Position numbers and translations under genes: made by a program. A stretch of 64,000 nucleotides of DNA from the human T2T-CHM13v2.0 reference genome, Homo sapiens. Shown here one piece after another: positions 52,951 through 64,000 of this stretch. The number at the start of each line of letters is the position of its first letter. Positions within the stretch are counted from its first letter, which is position 1. Below the pieces are notes generated by a model. It was not told the origin of the DNA and made no database searches. It was given only the letters and a program-made list of their open reading frames with translations. Where the stretch lies: NCBI RefSeq assembly GCF_009914755.1, contig NC_060931.1; one strand, written 5' to 3'.

Positions 52951-55342
52951 TTTCCTCTTCATGCATGATCTTTTCTGCTCTATCCAAGCTGCTTCTCATC
53001 ACACAGTTCTGCCTCCCCTCCCAGTCCAGATATCTCTAACAACCCTTGGAGTTGTCTTTTAAACAGAGAATTACAAAGACAGATTATGTGAAAGTGGCTG
53101 AATCTGCATCATGGGATAAGAGCTAGCTGCAGTTGACTCTTCAATTAACTTAAGTGTAATCGTTATATTCCTGCTGACATCATTTGCCACATCTGCCTCA
53201 TTGTAATCAATTAGTTAATTGATATCTAGCTTGGTTATAAAAAGGTACAAACAGTTTAACAAGCTGAAAATATTATGGAAGAAATCAGAGGGAGCAAAAA
53301 TAAGACATAAGAAAAAGCTCAGGAAAACACAGCAGTTCTCATTCATACTTCACCAAGGATGTGGCTTTGTCTGGCAGAGCACTGTGCCTCTTTGTTCATT
53401 TCCCAGGTCCGACAAATGCTTCTGCTTGGGCTCAACTCAGTTCTTATCACAGGTGGATGGCAGCACGGGGCTATTGCTTCCTTCTTCCTTAAACAGGAGA
53501 CTTATCACCCATGGTAGAGAATGGTTTGTATCAGTGGATAAAATAGATCAAAGTTCAATATTTTGCCCAACCTGTTAAAATATTAGTTTATTTCCTGCTA
53601 AGACCCTTTCTATATACATGTATAAACATTTCTGCTGAGTTGAAATTATACCATATACATAATTTTATACTCTGCTTTGTTTTTCTCAACAATATGTTGT
53701 TACAGCATGCAAAATTATATGAAATTCTATGAAAACAGTTTGGGAAACCAATTTAATTGTTTTTTTTTAATTGTGAGAAATATATATTCATATGGAAGAC
53801 TACTCAGGGGTATACAAGGGCCTGGACTCTCCCTACCCACACCCAGCCCTGTCTCGTCTCCAGCACACTTTGCAAAAATGCCTGGCCTGAGTAACACCTC
53901 TTGCTGTTAGGGTAAATCTCTGACTCTCTGGGGCCTGTTCCTTGGGGCCAATGTCCTGTAGCTGAGCTGCAGAATTGGATAGGAGTGCTTGTACATGACC
54001 TCTCTTGATCTAGAAATGATTTTCTCCTTAGCCAGAGACATTTCTTCCTTGCTAGTTTTTGCCTAACTCTATAAAATATCCTGCCCCCTACTCCCACCCC
54101 AGGTACCCTGGCTACCAAAGGTCAGTTCCACTACTTGGTGATTTCATTATGACCATTGCATTATGCATGTGGAGGATCCAGCTGTATCTGCCAGTTTGTT
54201 CTGCCGTGATGCCTTTGCACAGGCGGGCCTGTGAGCTTGTGTAAGCCAGGCAGTGCATAATCCATCCAAGCACTGAGTCCATGTGGGCTGATTAAAGCAA
54301 ACTCTAAGCAACAAGACACTCTAGACTGTGCCCAGGGCTTCCAACCACTTGTCCTTTCTCCTGGACTCTTGGCTTCAGGTTTTGGACTCTCTATCCAACA
54401 TTGACGGCTGCCTCCGATATCCTCTGGCAACTTTCTTGCCTCTTTTTACTTCTTGGTCTTTGGCTGGTTCATTCCTATGACTTTTGCTGTTTTCTGTTAC
54501 CTTGTGCATTTCCTTTATCCTAACCTCATGGCCATATGGAATTTCAGTTCCTGCCAGGGTAAACATATCTTCCCTGCATCCCCTGTCCCTTTTTCGTTGG
54601 GATAAAACATAGTCCAACAGTTTGTCTATAAATGTTGTTGGGACCCTCATAACCTACAATGGGGCAATGCACAAAGTCCTGGTCACTCTCCCACTGCCCA
54701 TTCCTGGGGACTTGAGAGTGGCAGGAAGGAAAAATCGTCATAATTGTTCTCCAAAAGAAAGATGACGAGGCGATATAGTGGACATCAAATTTACATCAGC
54801 CACTGCTTAGGGTGACACTGCCTTGCCCACATTTCTTCTCTCAGACTAATTCTGGAGGACTTCCAGTAAATTTCCAGGCTCCCAAGCCCCTCACCAAGGG
54901 TAGGGGTGGGAGGGGATGAGAAGACTGGCCCTGCAGAATCCTTGGTGAGGATCTGGCAGGACTGACGGCCCCTCTGTGGAGGCATTCCACAGCCACCATT
55001 CCTGTCTCCTTTAGCTGATTTAGCACAGAATTCTGCCAGACTAGGAGCAGGACAGATTCTCAGAAGACTTCAGAGGGTCCCTTTAGGGAGGGCCCTCTCA
55101 TTCACTGGTGGTGTGGGTAAAAAGGGCAAACTTTCCAGAAGGTGATAAGCATTTGTAATTTTCTATATAACTTTGTCCCAGACATTCTACTTCTAGGAAT
55201 TTACACTCTAGGAAATGATTGGACAAGGATAGAAAGGGCAACTAAGTAACTAACTCAGGAATGTAACTAACTGTAAGAATGCCTTTGCCAGAGTTGGCCA
55301 TAAAAGACAAAGACACTTAAAGAGGGGGGGAAGGAAAAAGAA

Positions 55343-55347
<5 letters not shown>

Positions 55348-55373
<26 letters not shown>
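55348..55373. repeat. (AG)n microsatellite in old L1 sequence
   Basis: About 12 AG units after a short CA run. Confidence 0.9.
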
Positions 55374-55966
55374 TGACTTTACTGTCCCACAATGTGGGGT
55401 TTGTTAAATAAACCACTGTCTATCTGTAAATGAACTACGATAACACTATGTAACTTTCCAAAATGATTTATATGCACTTCCTAGCCTGGAATCTCTTCTT
55501 GTTATATTGTTAAGTTAGAAAAAGCAGGTTACCAAACAGTATCATTTTGAGGATATGCATTAAATGTTAACAGTGGTTATCTGTGGGTAGTGTGATTTCA
55601 GGTGACTTTTAAAAATTATTTTTGTTTATATGCCTTTTTTGAAATCATCTACAAAAACATGTATTGCCTCTGTAATTAAAAACAAGTCAAGGAGGAACGT
55701 GACTCGTCGAGTCACTGAACATCCCGCCATTGTAATCTCACTCTTTGTGTGAGAAGCAACAACTGCCCTGGAGACCCAGACACATCGTCCTGCCTTTGAA
55801 ACGACCTTCTCTCCACAAATCAGGATGAGCTGAGAAATAGGGTGGAGAACCATGTGCTTGCCAGAGGTCACCTAGTGTAAATCCCTGGCATTGGCAGTCT
55901 TACCCCACAGCAGAAGCCCATCCCAGGGCTAACCCTGAGAAATGAGTTTTCAAGAGCCCAGAGGGG

Positions 55967-55985
55967 CACTGCCATCTGTTGGTGG
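55967..55985 (-). promoter_or_regulatory. CTCF-like motif (reverse)
   Basis: Minus CCACCAACAGATGGCAGTG; one core mismatch. Confidence 0.4.
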
Positions 55986-58900
55986 AGGCATCTGCACGGT
56001 ACTGCCAGAGGACACTCAAGGAAATGAACAGTTCCCTCAGCTCTTCAGCTTCTGTCCTGCCCTGACAGACCCTCTTCTGATCTCAGGAAGAGTTTTCAGT
56101 TTTCTTCCAACCCACTAATAGCCAGATCTCTGCCTAACCTAACCAAACCATGCCAGAGGACCAGCTGGGAACATGTGAAAAGTGTAGTTTTCTCACCCTG
56201 TGCTGGAGTAGAGAAACCACCATGTGACAGCGTGGGCCATGAGGCATGGAGTATTCACAATTGGTGAGAAAATTCATGTGCCAGGAACACAGCTACAGGG
56301 AAAACAAAGGGCCGTGGAGTCCGTGGGAGAGACAGATGGAGCCCATTTTACAGCTGAGAAAACAGAGGAATTAAACTAATTTGCTTATAGTAACATAGGC
56401 AATGAGGATTCGAAATAACTCCTCATCTCTTTACCAGTAGAACATTAGCTGTGGTTTCAACCTCCCATCCAGATTCTTATATCTGGCCCTGTAACCCCAG
56501 AGAAAGGGATATTTTACTGCACTCATTTCTAAACATTTTGATATCATGCATCCCTCTGAGAATTTGATGAAATGTGCATATGCACATGTATGCATGCTTT
56601 TGAAAAGATTGCAAGGGGTCTATTGACCTCCTGAAGCGTCTTCCATAGTTCATAAGACAAAAACTCCTTGCCCCCAATAAGGAGCAGAGAGAGACCAGGT
56701 AAGAGTTTAAGGAACTGAAATCTAAGAAAAAAGATTTTCATCATTACTGGGAGAAAATGCCTTTGTGAAGGGCAAGAGGAAAAACAACAAAATGAGTAGG
56801 CCGTGTGATGCCGCTACCAGCAAAACATCCTAAGTGATGACAGCTGACGTGCTTGTAGTATTTTAGGATCTCTCCTCCTGCGTGTTTGTTACTTAGATAC
56901 ACTGACAAAGGCTCATATTTGAGATGATTATCAACTCTCCTTCCATTGAGGCCTATTAAAGCATGGCAATAAAAAAAGCTATGGGCCCGGAAAAGAACAC
57001 CAAGCTATTGGTGTGATGAAAACTAGGCAATGAATATTAGTGAAATCATCCAGTGCTTTTTCTCAGGATTCTGGAACATTTTCATTTGCCTCTTGGCGTA
57101 ACGAGCTTTCCCTGCAAAGTGTGCCTCCCAGACATTACCCCATTGCCCGGGACAGCAAGCACCGCTAGTGTTTGCCCTGCCTGGCCTCTGCTGTCAGGGC
57201 CTTGTTCTGTTAGAATAATTATGATAAACTCACTCTCAGTAAGTTACGGTGGCTGTTAATAATGTAATAAGTGGCCTGATTCAGAGGACAGCTGAATTGA
57301 AGCGGCAGTTTCAATGCTTCAATTATGAGAAATGAGGAATATGAGAATACCAAGCATGAAGACACTGTGGTTCCATGGTCCTAACTAAGGTGACTCAGTT
57401 TATCTGTGATGGAGCTGGCCTTGGCATCTACCCTGAGGCCAAGTTAAAAAGTACGTAGACCAGCACTAAGAATGTTGGCTCAGTGGAACCTGTCCACTTA
57501 AAACCTCCCATGGACAGGAACTTAATTGATAAGTTCCCCTACTCCCTGTTATAGAAGCCCTAGAAGAAACCTTTAGAGAGTCTGTTCATCAACCTCTGTT
57601 TCAAATCTTATAAGGTATAAATTATTATTACTGTTATTATTATTGCTGCTTAACAGATGAAGCAAGTGAGACGTCTGTAGTGGAAAAAGCACCAGTGAGT
57701 TCTGGATTCAGCGGATCTGAGCCTCAACACCCTTATCTATAAACTTGCTATGCAAGTTATTATAGACATGAATTGGATATTTTATCTAAAGTGCCTAGCG
57801 TTGAGTAGAGAGTAGGTGCTCAGAAAACAATCTCTTAAGTAACTGGCCCACTGTTACTTTTCAGGAAAATGGCAGAGCCAGATGTTCTGAGGACTAGTCC
57901 AGGACTCATTCCATGCATTCTTTCCTGCCTGGTAGCATCTTCTCAAAGCCATTGTGAAAAGAGCTTCAAATTCCCATATGGAGACGTGGAGATTCACCTT
58001 TCATGACAAACATTCTTGCAGAATTAATTCACAGCATTGCTGAGGTGGGGTAGCGGTAGATGTGAGTGATTTTTTTTTTTATAGTGTTACAATAATTTAT
58101 CATCCTCTTTCCAGCAGCCGTACTCTGGCTGGCAGCTCTAAAAACCCTACAGTCGATGAGAGATCAGTGAACAGAAATATTTTCAAGAGCAGATGGGACG
58201 TACCTTCAAAACGCAGGATTGTCCCACTGAAACTGGGACATCTGGCAACCCTAAAAAAGCCCAAACTAGATGAAATAAAAATTATGAGATGGAGAAGCAG
58301 AAAAATATGTCTTTGCATTGATTAGCAGGGAATGTAATTAATCTCCTTCAACTCCCTTTTCAGTCCTGTGGTGTAAAACAAGGAGAAATTGCAGTCTTAC
58401 TGGGTTCCCTTGTGACTATTCTTACGTGATAATTTCAAAGTAGTATGCGTTTTAAAACTTCATAGTAATGCCTCCCTTTCTATTGCTTAGAAATGTCTAG
58501 GGAGTGATAAAATTCATGCCTAAACTTCCTCAATACAATGCTTTTGTTATTAGCCCAGCCAACAGTGAGGGGGAGGAGCATTCAGCTGATTCAGATCAGG
58601 CCAGCTTTTACGGTTTTCGTAGGAAATGATAGAAACAAATCTTTCTTTTTGTATTAGTAGTTTCTGTTCCTGATTTCTCTTTCTGTGAGGTGAAGAAGCA
58701 AGGAGGAAGAGCATACCAGCCCCAGAGAAAGGAGAGAAGACCTCGGGCTTTCCTTCTCACTGCTCTTCCTTCCTCCTTATTCCAGCTCGGCTCCAGCACC
58801 CAATATAATCCTGGTCATTCTCTTCTTGTCAAAACCTGCTTTCTGTGTAGACTCTCATGCCAGTGTTAGTGTGCGGCTGTGTACCTTTCTCTCCTTCCCC

Positions 58901-59261
58901 TGCCCTGCTTCGGTCCAGCATGGTGCCCGATACATTTTAAGTACTGTAAAGTGAAATGTTTGAGGATTTGGACAGGTGCATTTGGTCTGGAAGAAGACTA
59001 GATGAGGGATTAGTACCTGAGTTCAGTTTATCACCTGCCGGTGGGCAGGCCACAAGAACACCAGCAAAGATAAAGTCTAAGAAATTAATCATTTTAAAGT
59101 CAAATATCTACTCTTTAGTAAGGTAGTTTTAAAAATATCTATTTGCTCATTGAATTTCAGTTTATTTTTTTCCCAAATGTTCTGTTATGCCCGCATCTTG
59201 GATTCAAGAAGTGCTAATTGGCTCACCCTGACCAACACAAGAAGTGATGCTCAGAATGTTA

Positions 59262-59650
59262 AGCAATGTGAACTGAATTGTGGGCCCCACCCCCAAATAT
59301 GTTGGGGCCGGCGGGGGGGGGACACAATTCATATATATATGTGAATTCACAACTATATATGTTGAAGAGCTGACTCCCAATGTGATGGTATTTGGAAATG
59401 GAGCCTTTGGGAGGTAATGTAACCTTATTCGATTAGGTTATAAATGTAGGGTCTTCATGCTGGGATTAGTGGCTTTGTAGGAAGAGGAAGAGAGGCAAGC
59501 TGTCTCTGTCCCTCAGGTCACGCACTGAGGAAGGCCATGTGAGGACACGGAGAGAAGGCAGCCACCTGCAAACCAGGAAGACAGCTCCCAACCAGAAGCC
59601 AATCGTTTAGCACCTTGATCTCAGATTTCCAGCCTAAGCAGACTAAGACA
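59262..59650 (+). mobile_element. MLT1A/MST-type MaLR solo LTR, locally rearranged
   Basis: aatgtgatggtatttggaaatggagcctttgggaggt...ggccatgtgaggacac...gactaagaca. Confidence 0.8.
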
Positions 59651-60222
59651 AAATGGTACCCTGAATGGTTAAGCAACATGCCCCAGGGCACATGGCTATG
59701 ATATTGTAGAAGCTGAGGGCCCCGACACCAATCCTAGGTCGATTTCCCCTATACCACGTGGCCGGCTCCAAGTTCATGACCTAAAACCATGTGTGGATTT
59801 AAACAGCTGCTCTTCTATCCCAGTGGTTATTTCTTGGGACAAACCCACTGATGTTGAGCGTGGGGTGAGAGTGAGAAGACCTGGGCTTGCCTCATCCTCT
59901 GCCACATGCGAGCTGTGAAACCAGGCAGCCTACCTTCTTCAGCCTCAGTTTCCTTACATGAATAATGGGAATTTGTGAGAATTACATTGGACGATAAGCT
60001 TAAAAGAGATTTATGAGCGGGTAAGTACCTCACAAATGACAAAGGAGACATTTTAGTCAGAAAGCTCCACAGAGCTGAGACAGCCTATTTTCTTACTTTG
60101 TGAGTAATAACATTAATAATAAGCAATGACCTTTGAGGACACTAACTCAGTCAGAGTTACCTTCAGTTCAGTCCTGAGACACAACTGAGGGCCTTGTCAA
60201 TTTGTACCATTAAGAGAGAAGT

Positions 60223-60640
60223 CAGGGCCAATTTATTCATTAGGCACAAAAGACAAAGTATCTAGGGCTTACAATCTTTTCAGGGCCCATTTTAAATTAT
60301 TTTAACATCAGGGAAAAAATGAACTTTTAAGTTAAATATAATATTTTAATATATAATTTTAATTGATTATTACTTTTTAATTTTTTTGTTGAGGTAAGGT
60401 CTTATGGTATAGACCAGGCTGGTCTCGGACTTCTGGGTTCAAGTGATCCTCCCACCTTATCCTCCCAAAGTGGTAGGATTACAGGCATGAGCCATAGCAC
60501 CCAGCCCCTAATATATAATTTTAATATGTTTATCTTCATACCAATGCAGTCACAAAATATAATTTTTAATGCTCTTTATAGGAGAAGGGCCCACAAAGGC
60601 AAAAGCGCCCAGGGCCCACGAAAGTCATACCGCAGGCTTG
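60223..60640. mobile_element. hAT-Tip100 element (ORSL-like), interrupted
   Basis: CAGGGCC terminus; gggcccacaaaggcaaaagcgcccagggcccacgaaagtcata at the other end. Confidence 0.6.
60364..60506 (-). mobile_element. Alu left monomer (FLAM-like)
   Basis: Single monomer with T-rich tail; perfect 17-bp TSD TAATATATAATTTTAAT at 60347-60363 and 60509-60525. Confidence 0.88.
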
Positions 60641-61019
60641 AGAGAAGTGCCAAGCAATGAAAACACTTCTAACTTCCAAGGGAGACATTCCCTTTATTGA
60701 ATTAAATATTGCTCTGTAGTTCTGCAGCCACACTTGATTCCCTAATGTTCTCCTAAATGTGCTGCAATCTTTCCCAAGTTTTGCCTGTTTGCCCCATTCC
60801 TTCTGTCTACACCATCTTCTCCACTCGGCAAACACTCTAATGTCACCCACTTACGTGCCACTGTTGAGGTGCATCATAGCTCCTGGTCTCTTGGCTTTAA
60901 CCATTTTCATTATCCTCATCGCCCTGTGGCTCATGTTTTAGTTGCTCAGACAGCCAGCTGTATCTTAGATACAGTCACAGAGCACCCCTGTGTGATGTAG
61001 TAAAACTTCTTACTAAAGA

Positions 61020-61210
61020 GCAGGGATGCTGGTCTTGACTTAGAAATTCAGTTTTGTCACATACTAGCTGTGTGATATTCTCCTAGTCAGGTAACATCTT
61101 TGCCTCAGTTTCTTCATCTGTAAAATGGGAATCATGCCTCACAAGATTACTTGAATATATATGCATGCCTGCACCTATATGTTGCCGGGAACACAGTAGT
61201 CTATTATTAT
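61020..61210 (+). mobile_element. MIR
   Basis: tactagctgtgtga...gcctcagtttcttcatctgtaaaatggg. Confidence 0.8.
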
Positions 61211-61829
61211 ATAAGTGATAGACATTATGGTTATTACAGCTCCTATTAATATTATTATTATATAAAAACTTCTAGGCCCTAAAGATACAAAGAGCTCTTT
61301 ACACAGCTCAAAGTTGAATAGGAACAAGCATGTTAAGAAGATAAATTAAACTATGTTTTTCTGAGATTTTTGAGAAGCCCAACTCTCCCTAGCCAGGGGG
61401 AGAATGGGAAAGGCATTTTAGTAGCCATGGGATGGTGCTGGGTCTTAGAAGATGGGAGGAGTTCTTCAGGCTGATGAGAGGGTAGGCCTTCTAGGAAGGG
61501 TTTGCAGACTTAAATGGCAAGTTAAGTCTGCAAATATAGCTCCAAACATAACTTGCCCCCAAATGGCAAGTTATGTTTGGAGATCGGTGAGGGGTTTAAT
61601 GGAGCCAGACATAGGTCCCTTCCAGAAGAAGAATGAGAGAGGAGATGAAAGAGAGAGACTGCTGAGCCATATTTGGGAGTGTGGCCTTTCTACAAGCTTC
61701 TGGGCACAGGAGAATAACTGCTAAAGGTACACTACAGGATGATCCCAGTGGCGCACGGTGGAGGGGTGGGACTAGAGTGGGGTAACTGAAGTGGGCTTGA
61801 CCCTTAATCCAGTGGCTTTGTCCATTTTG

Positions 61830-62249
61830 TCCAGTTTGGGCAAGATACTGGGTTGGTTTAGCAAAGCAAGATGCTGGGTTGGTTGAGCAAAAATCCCCCA
61901 CGTCTTGGTGTCTGACCACCCTTGGTAATCTCATCAAATTTCTTGTTGCCCTTCTCTTGATATCTTATCATCCTGGCCTGTCTTCAGCAATCATCCTGTC
62001 CTCAGCTTAGGTGGAATCCCCCTTACATGGATGTCTCCTCTTAGTAATTTGTCATGCACTGACTGCCACCCTGCTCCCTGGCTATAAATCTCCACTTGTC
62101 CTTGTTGTATTTGGAGTTGAGCCCAGTCTCTCTCCCCAACTGTGAGACCTCATTGCAGAAATGTCCTACCTACCCCGCAATCCCCCACCTCCGAATAAAG
62201 TCTTTCTTGACATCTGTAACAAGTGTCATGAATAATTTTTTCTTTAACA
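61830..62249 (+). mobile_element. MER31-type ERV1 LTR
   Basis: ggctataaat (TATA), ggagttgagccc, aataaagtct, ends tttttctttaaca; 5' boundary unclear. Confidence 0.75.
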
Positions 62250-62289
62250 TCAGTCAGCAAACTATTCTGAGCCTGAGGTCAGAGGGCTA

Positions 62290-62700
62290 GGGCTGGATCT
62301 AAGGCAGAGGAGGTGTGGAAAGGGAGAGGACGAGTCCAGAGATGCAAGACTTGGCAGGGCTTGGTAACGGAGTGGCTGGAGGAAGAAAGGGTGAGGGAAA
62401 AATTGAGGGTAATTGATTCTTGGTTCTTAGCTTGGTGGCAGGATTGACGGTGACTATGTAAGGGAAGACTGAAAATAGGGAGAGGGCAGAATTTGCAGTG
62501 TCTCTGGAATACACGTGGAAATACCTGGGAGGCCGCTGAGTGGATGGGTCTGGTGTGCAGAAGAGAGACCTAGGCTGGGGATAAAGGTTTTGGGAATTCA
62601 TCAAGCCTGTAGATGACAGCAGAAGTCATAGGAGCAGCTGAGAATGCACAGGGGACCTGGGGACCTGAGGCAGAAATGTGAAGAACATGGAGATTCAAAT
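62290..62700 (-). mobile_element. L2 fragment
   Basis: Purine-rich antisense L2 (ttcttagcttgg...tttgggaattcatcaag). Confidence 0.55.
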
Positions 62701-63787
62701 CACATGATTTCTCTTTACTAGCTTGTAAACTGTTCATGCACTAGTCATGTCTTGGCCACTTTATTTCTCATATACAATGATCATTGAGGTGACTTGAGGT
62801 CCAAGCTCTGAGAGTGTTTAAATCTGCTGCCCACAAATAAATGACCATTTTAGAGATGCTCCTAGGAGGCCTTGCTGTGTGCTCTTCAGGGTCAGTTGGC
62901 CACCAAATTGTCAGGTTGGCAGAGGTTGTCCTTAGGGTCTCCAAACTATCCCCAACAAGACCTGAACCCCTTGGCATTGGCTAGTGCAGGGGAAAGAAAG
63001 TTTGTGCTTTTGCGTTGGACGTAGCTGGGTGAGAGTTACAACTCTCACCTGAGGGGGTTCAAACCTGCACAGTTGTAAAGACAAGAGGTTTTTATGGCAT
63101 AGTATATTTTACTTAACTGCTGAATGTCTGCCTCATCCACAGGGATATTAGCTTCATGTTAGCTTTGTTTTCTACAACAAAGGCATAGACACACTTGCCA
63201 CTGATAGCATGTGATAGAAATAGGACCTTCTATCTAAGGCCTCACTTTTCATTTCTGCAAAATGGAAATAATAATCCTTGCCTTTTCTATTTTATAGAAT
63301 TATTGAAATAATCAAAGTCTTAGATAGCCATTCCTATGACTTGTAGCAAGACAGCAACCCCTTGGAAAGAAAATCACAAGCAGGAGAGTTGTTGCGTGTT
63401 CATAATCCTCCAAGTTCATTATTCCACAGAGAAGAAGGGTGCCCAGGTCAGGTTGACTATAGACAGGTCTCTGGCAGAGGGAAAGCCTCCACTCCCACCT
63501 TGTCCTGCATATTTGTAAGAATGGGTGATCTTGTAAAGTAAAAGCTCCCTAATAGAGAAGCAGCCTCATCAGAGAGGTGGAGCCTCCAGAGTGCTTGGCT
63601 GTGTGCTTTGGTCACTGTCTCAGGAACAACCTCTCTTTGCTAACCCACAGCAAGGGGAAGAGGGGGGCCTCCAGGGCCATCCCAAACCCTCTCTCCCAAC
63701 TTGGGTATTGCCAGTGCTCACAACAGAGCTCAGCACATGGTAAGTTGTCAAAAAGCAGTCATTGAATAAATAATGTACTCAAACTGT

Positions 63788-63866
63788 TTGATCCAGCAAT
63801 GCATTACTGCATCTCTACTCAGAGAAAAAGAAGTCATTATATGAAAAAGATACTTGCACACACATG
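63788..63866 (+). mobile_element. Older L1 (L1PB-like) fragment hosting the L1HS
   Basis: gatccagcaat...aagaagtcattatatgaaaaagatacttgcacacacatg. Confidence 0.75.
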
Positions 63867-64000
63867 TTTTTTTTTTTTTTTTTTTTTTGCTCTCCTATTT
63901 TTTTTTTTTTTTTTTTTATTATACTCTAAGTTTTAGGGTACATGTGCACATTGTGCAGGTTAGTTACATATGTATACATGTGCCATGCTGGTGCGCTGCA
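63867..64000 (-). mobile_element. L1HS 3' end (runs off the window)
   Basis: Minus TGCACATGTACCCTAAAACTTAGAGTATAAT with the L1HS-diagnostic G; long pure A tails. Confidence 0.88.

Noticed and set aside
56572-56587. 16-bp palindrome ATGTGCATATGCACAT resembling a POU MORE site
   Set aside because: Mismatches the MORE at both outer bases and sits in low-complexity ATGC-type sequence

Overview
Primate, very likely human, non-coding genomic DNA: AT-rich, CpG-poor and dense with interspersed repeats (Alu, L1, L2, MIR, MaLR/ERV LTRs, hAT and Tigger fossils). I find no supportable cellular protein-coding exon, RNA gene or CRISPR array. The ORF track is repeat-derived or chance ORFs, except for retroviral gag/pol relics. 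The main feature is a ~5.5 kb two-LTR HERV-H (LTR7) provirus on the minus strand (46559-52080). It has a His-tRNA PBS, splice donor, PPT and dead gag/pro/pol, and env is largely deleted. At the right edge is the 3' end of a human-specific L1HS with a split poly(A) tail suggesting a short 3' transduction. Other points of interest: independently broken TATA boxes in both LTRs beside a 138-bp tract identical between them, a convergent CTCF motif pair around the provirus, an inverted pair of methyl-AP-1 motifs, a fold-back rearrangement in a MaLR LTR, and a tail-less Alu fragment. I see no convincing new biological system. Repeat subfamily names come from recalled consensus sequences and need RepeatMasker/Dfam confirmation; all counts were made by eye.
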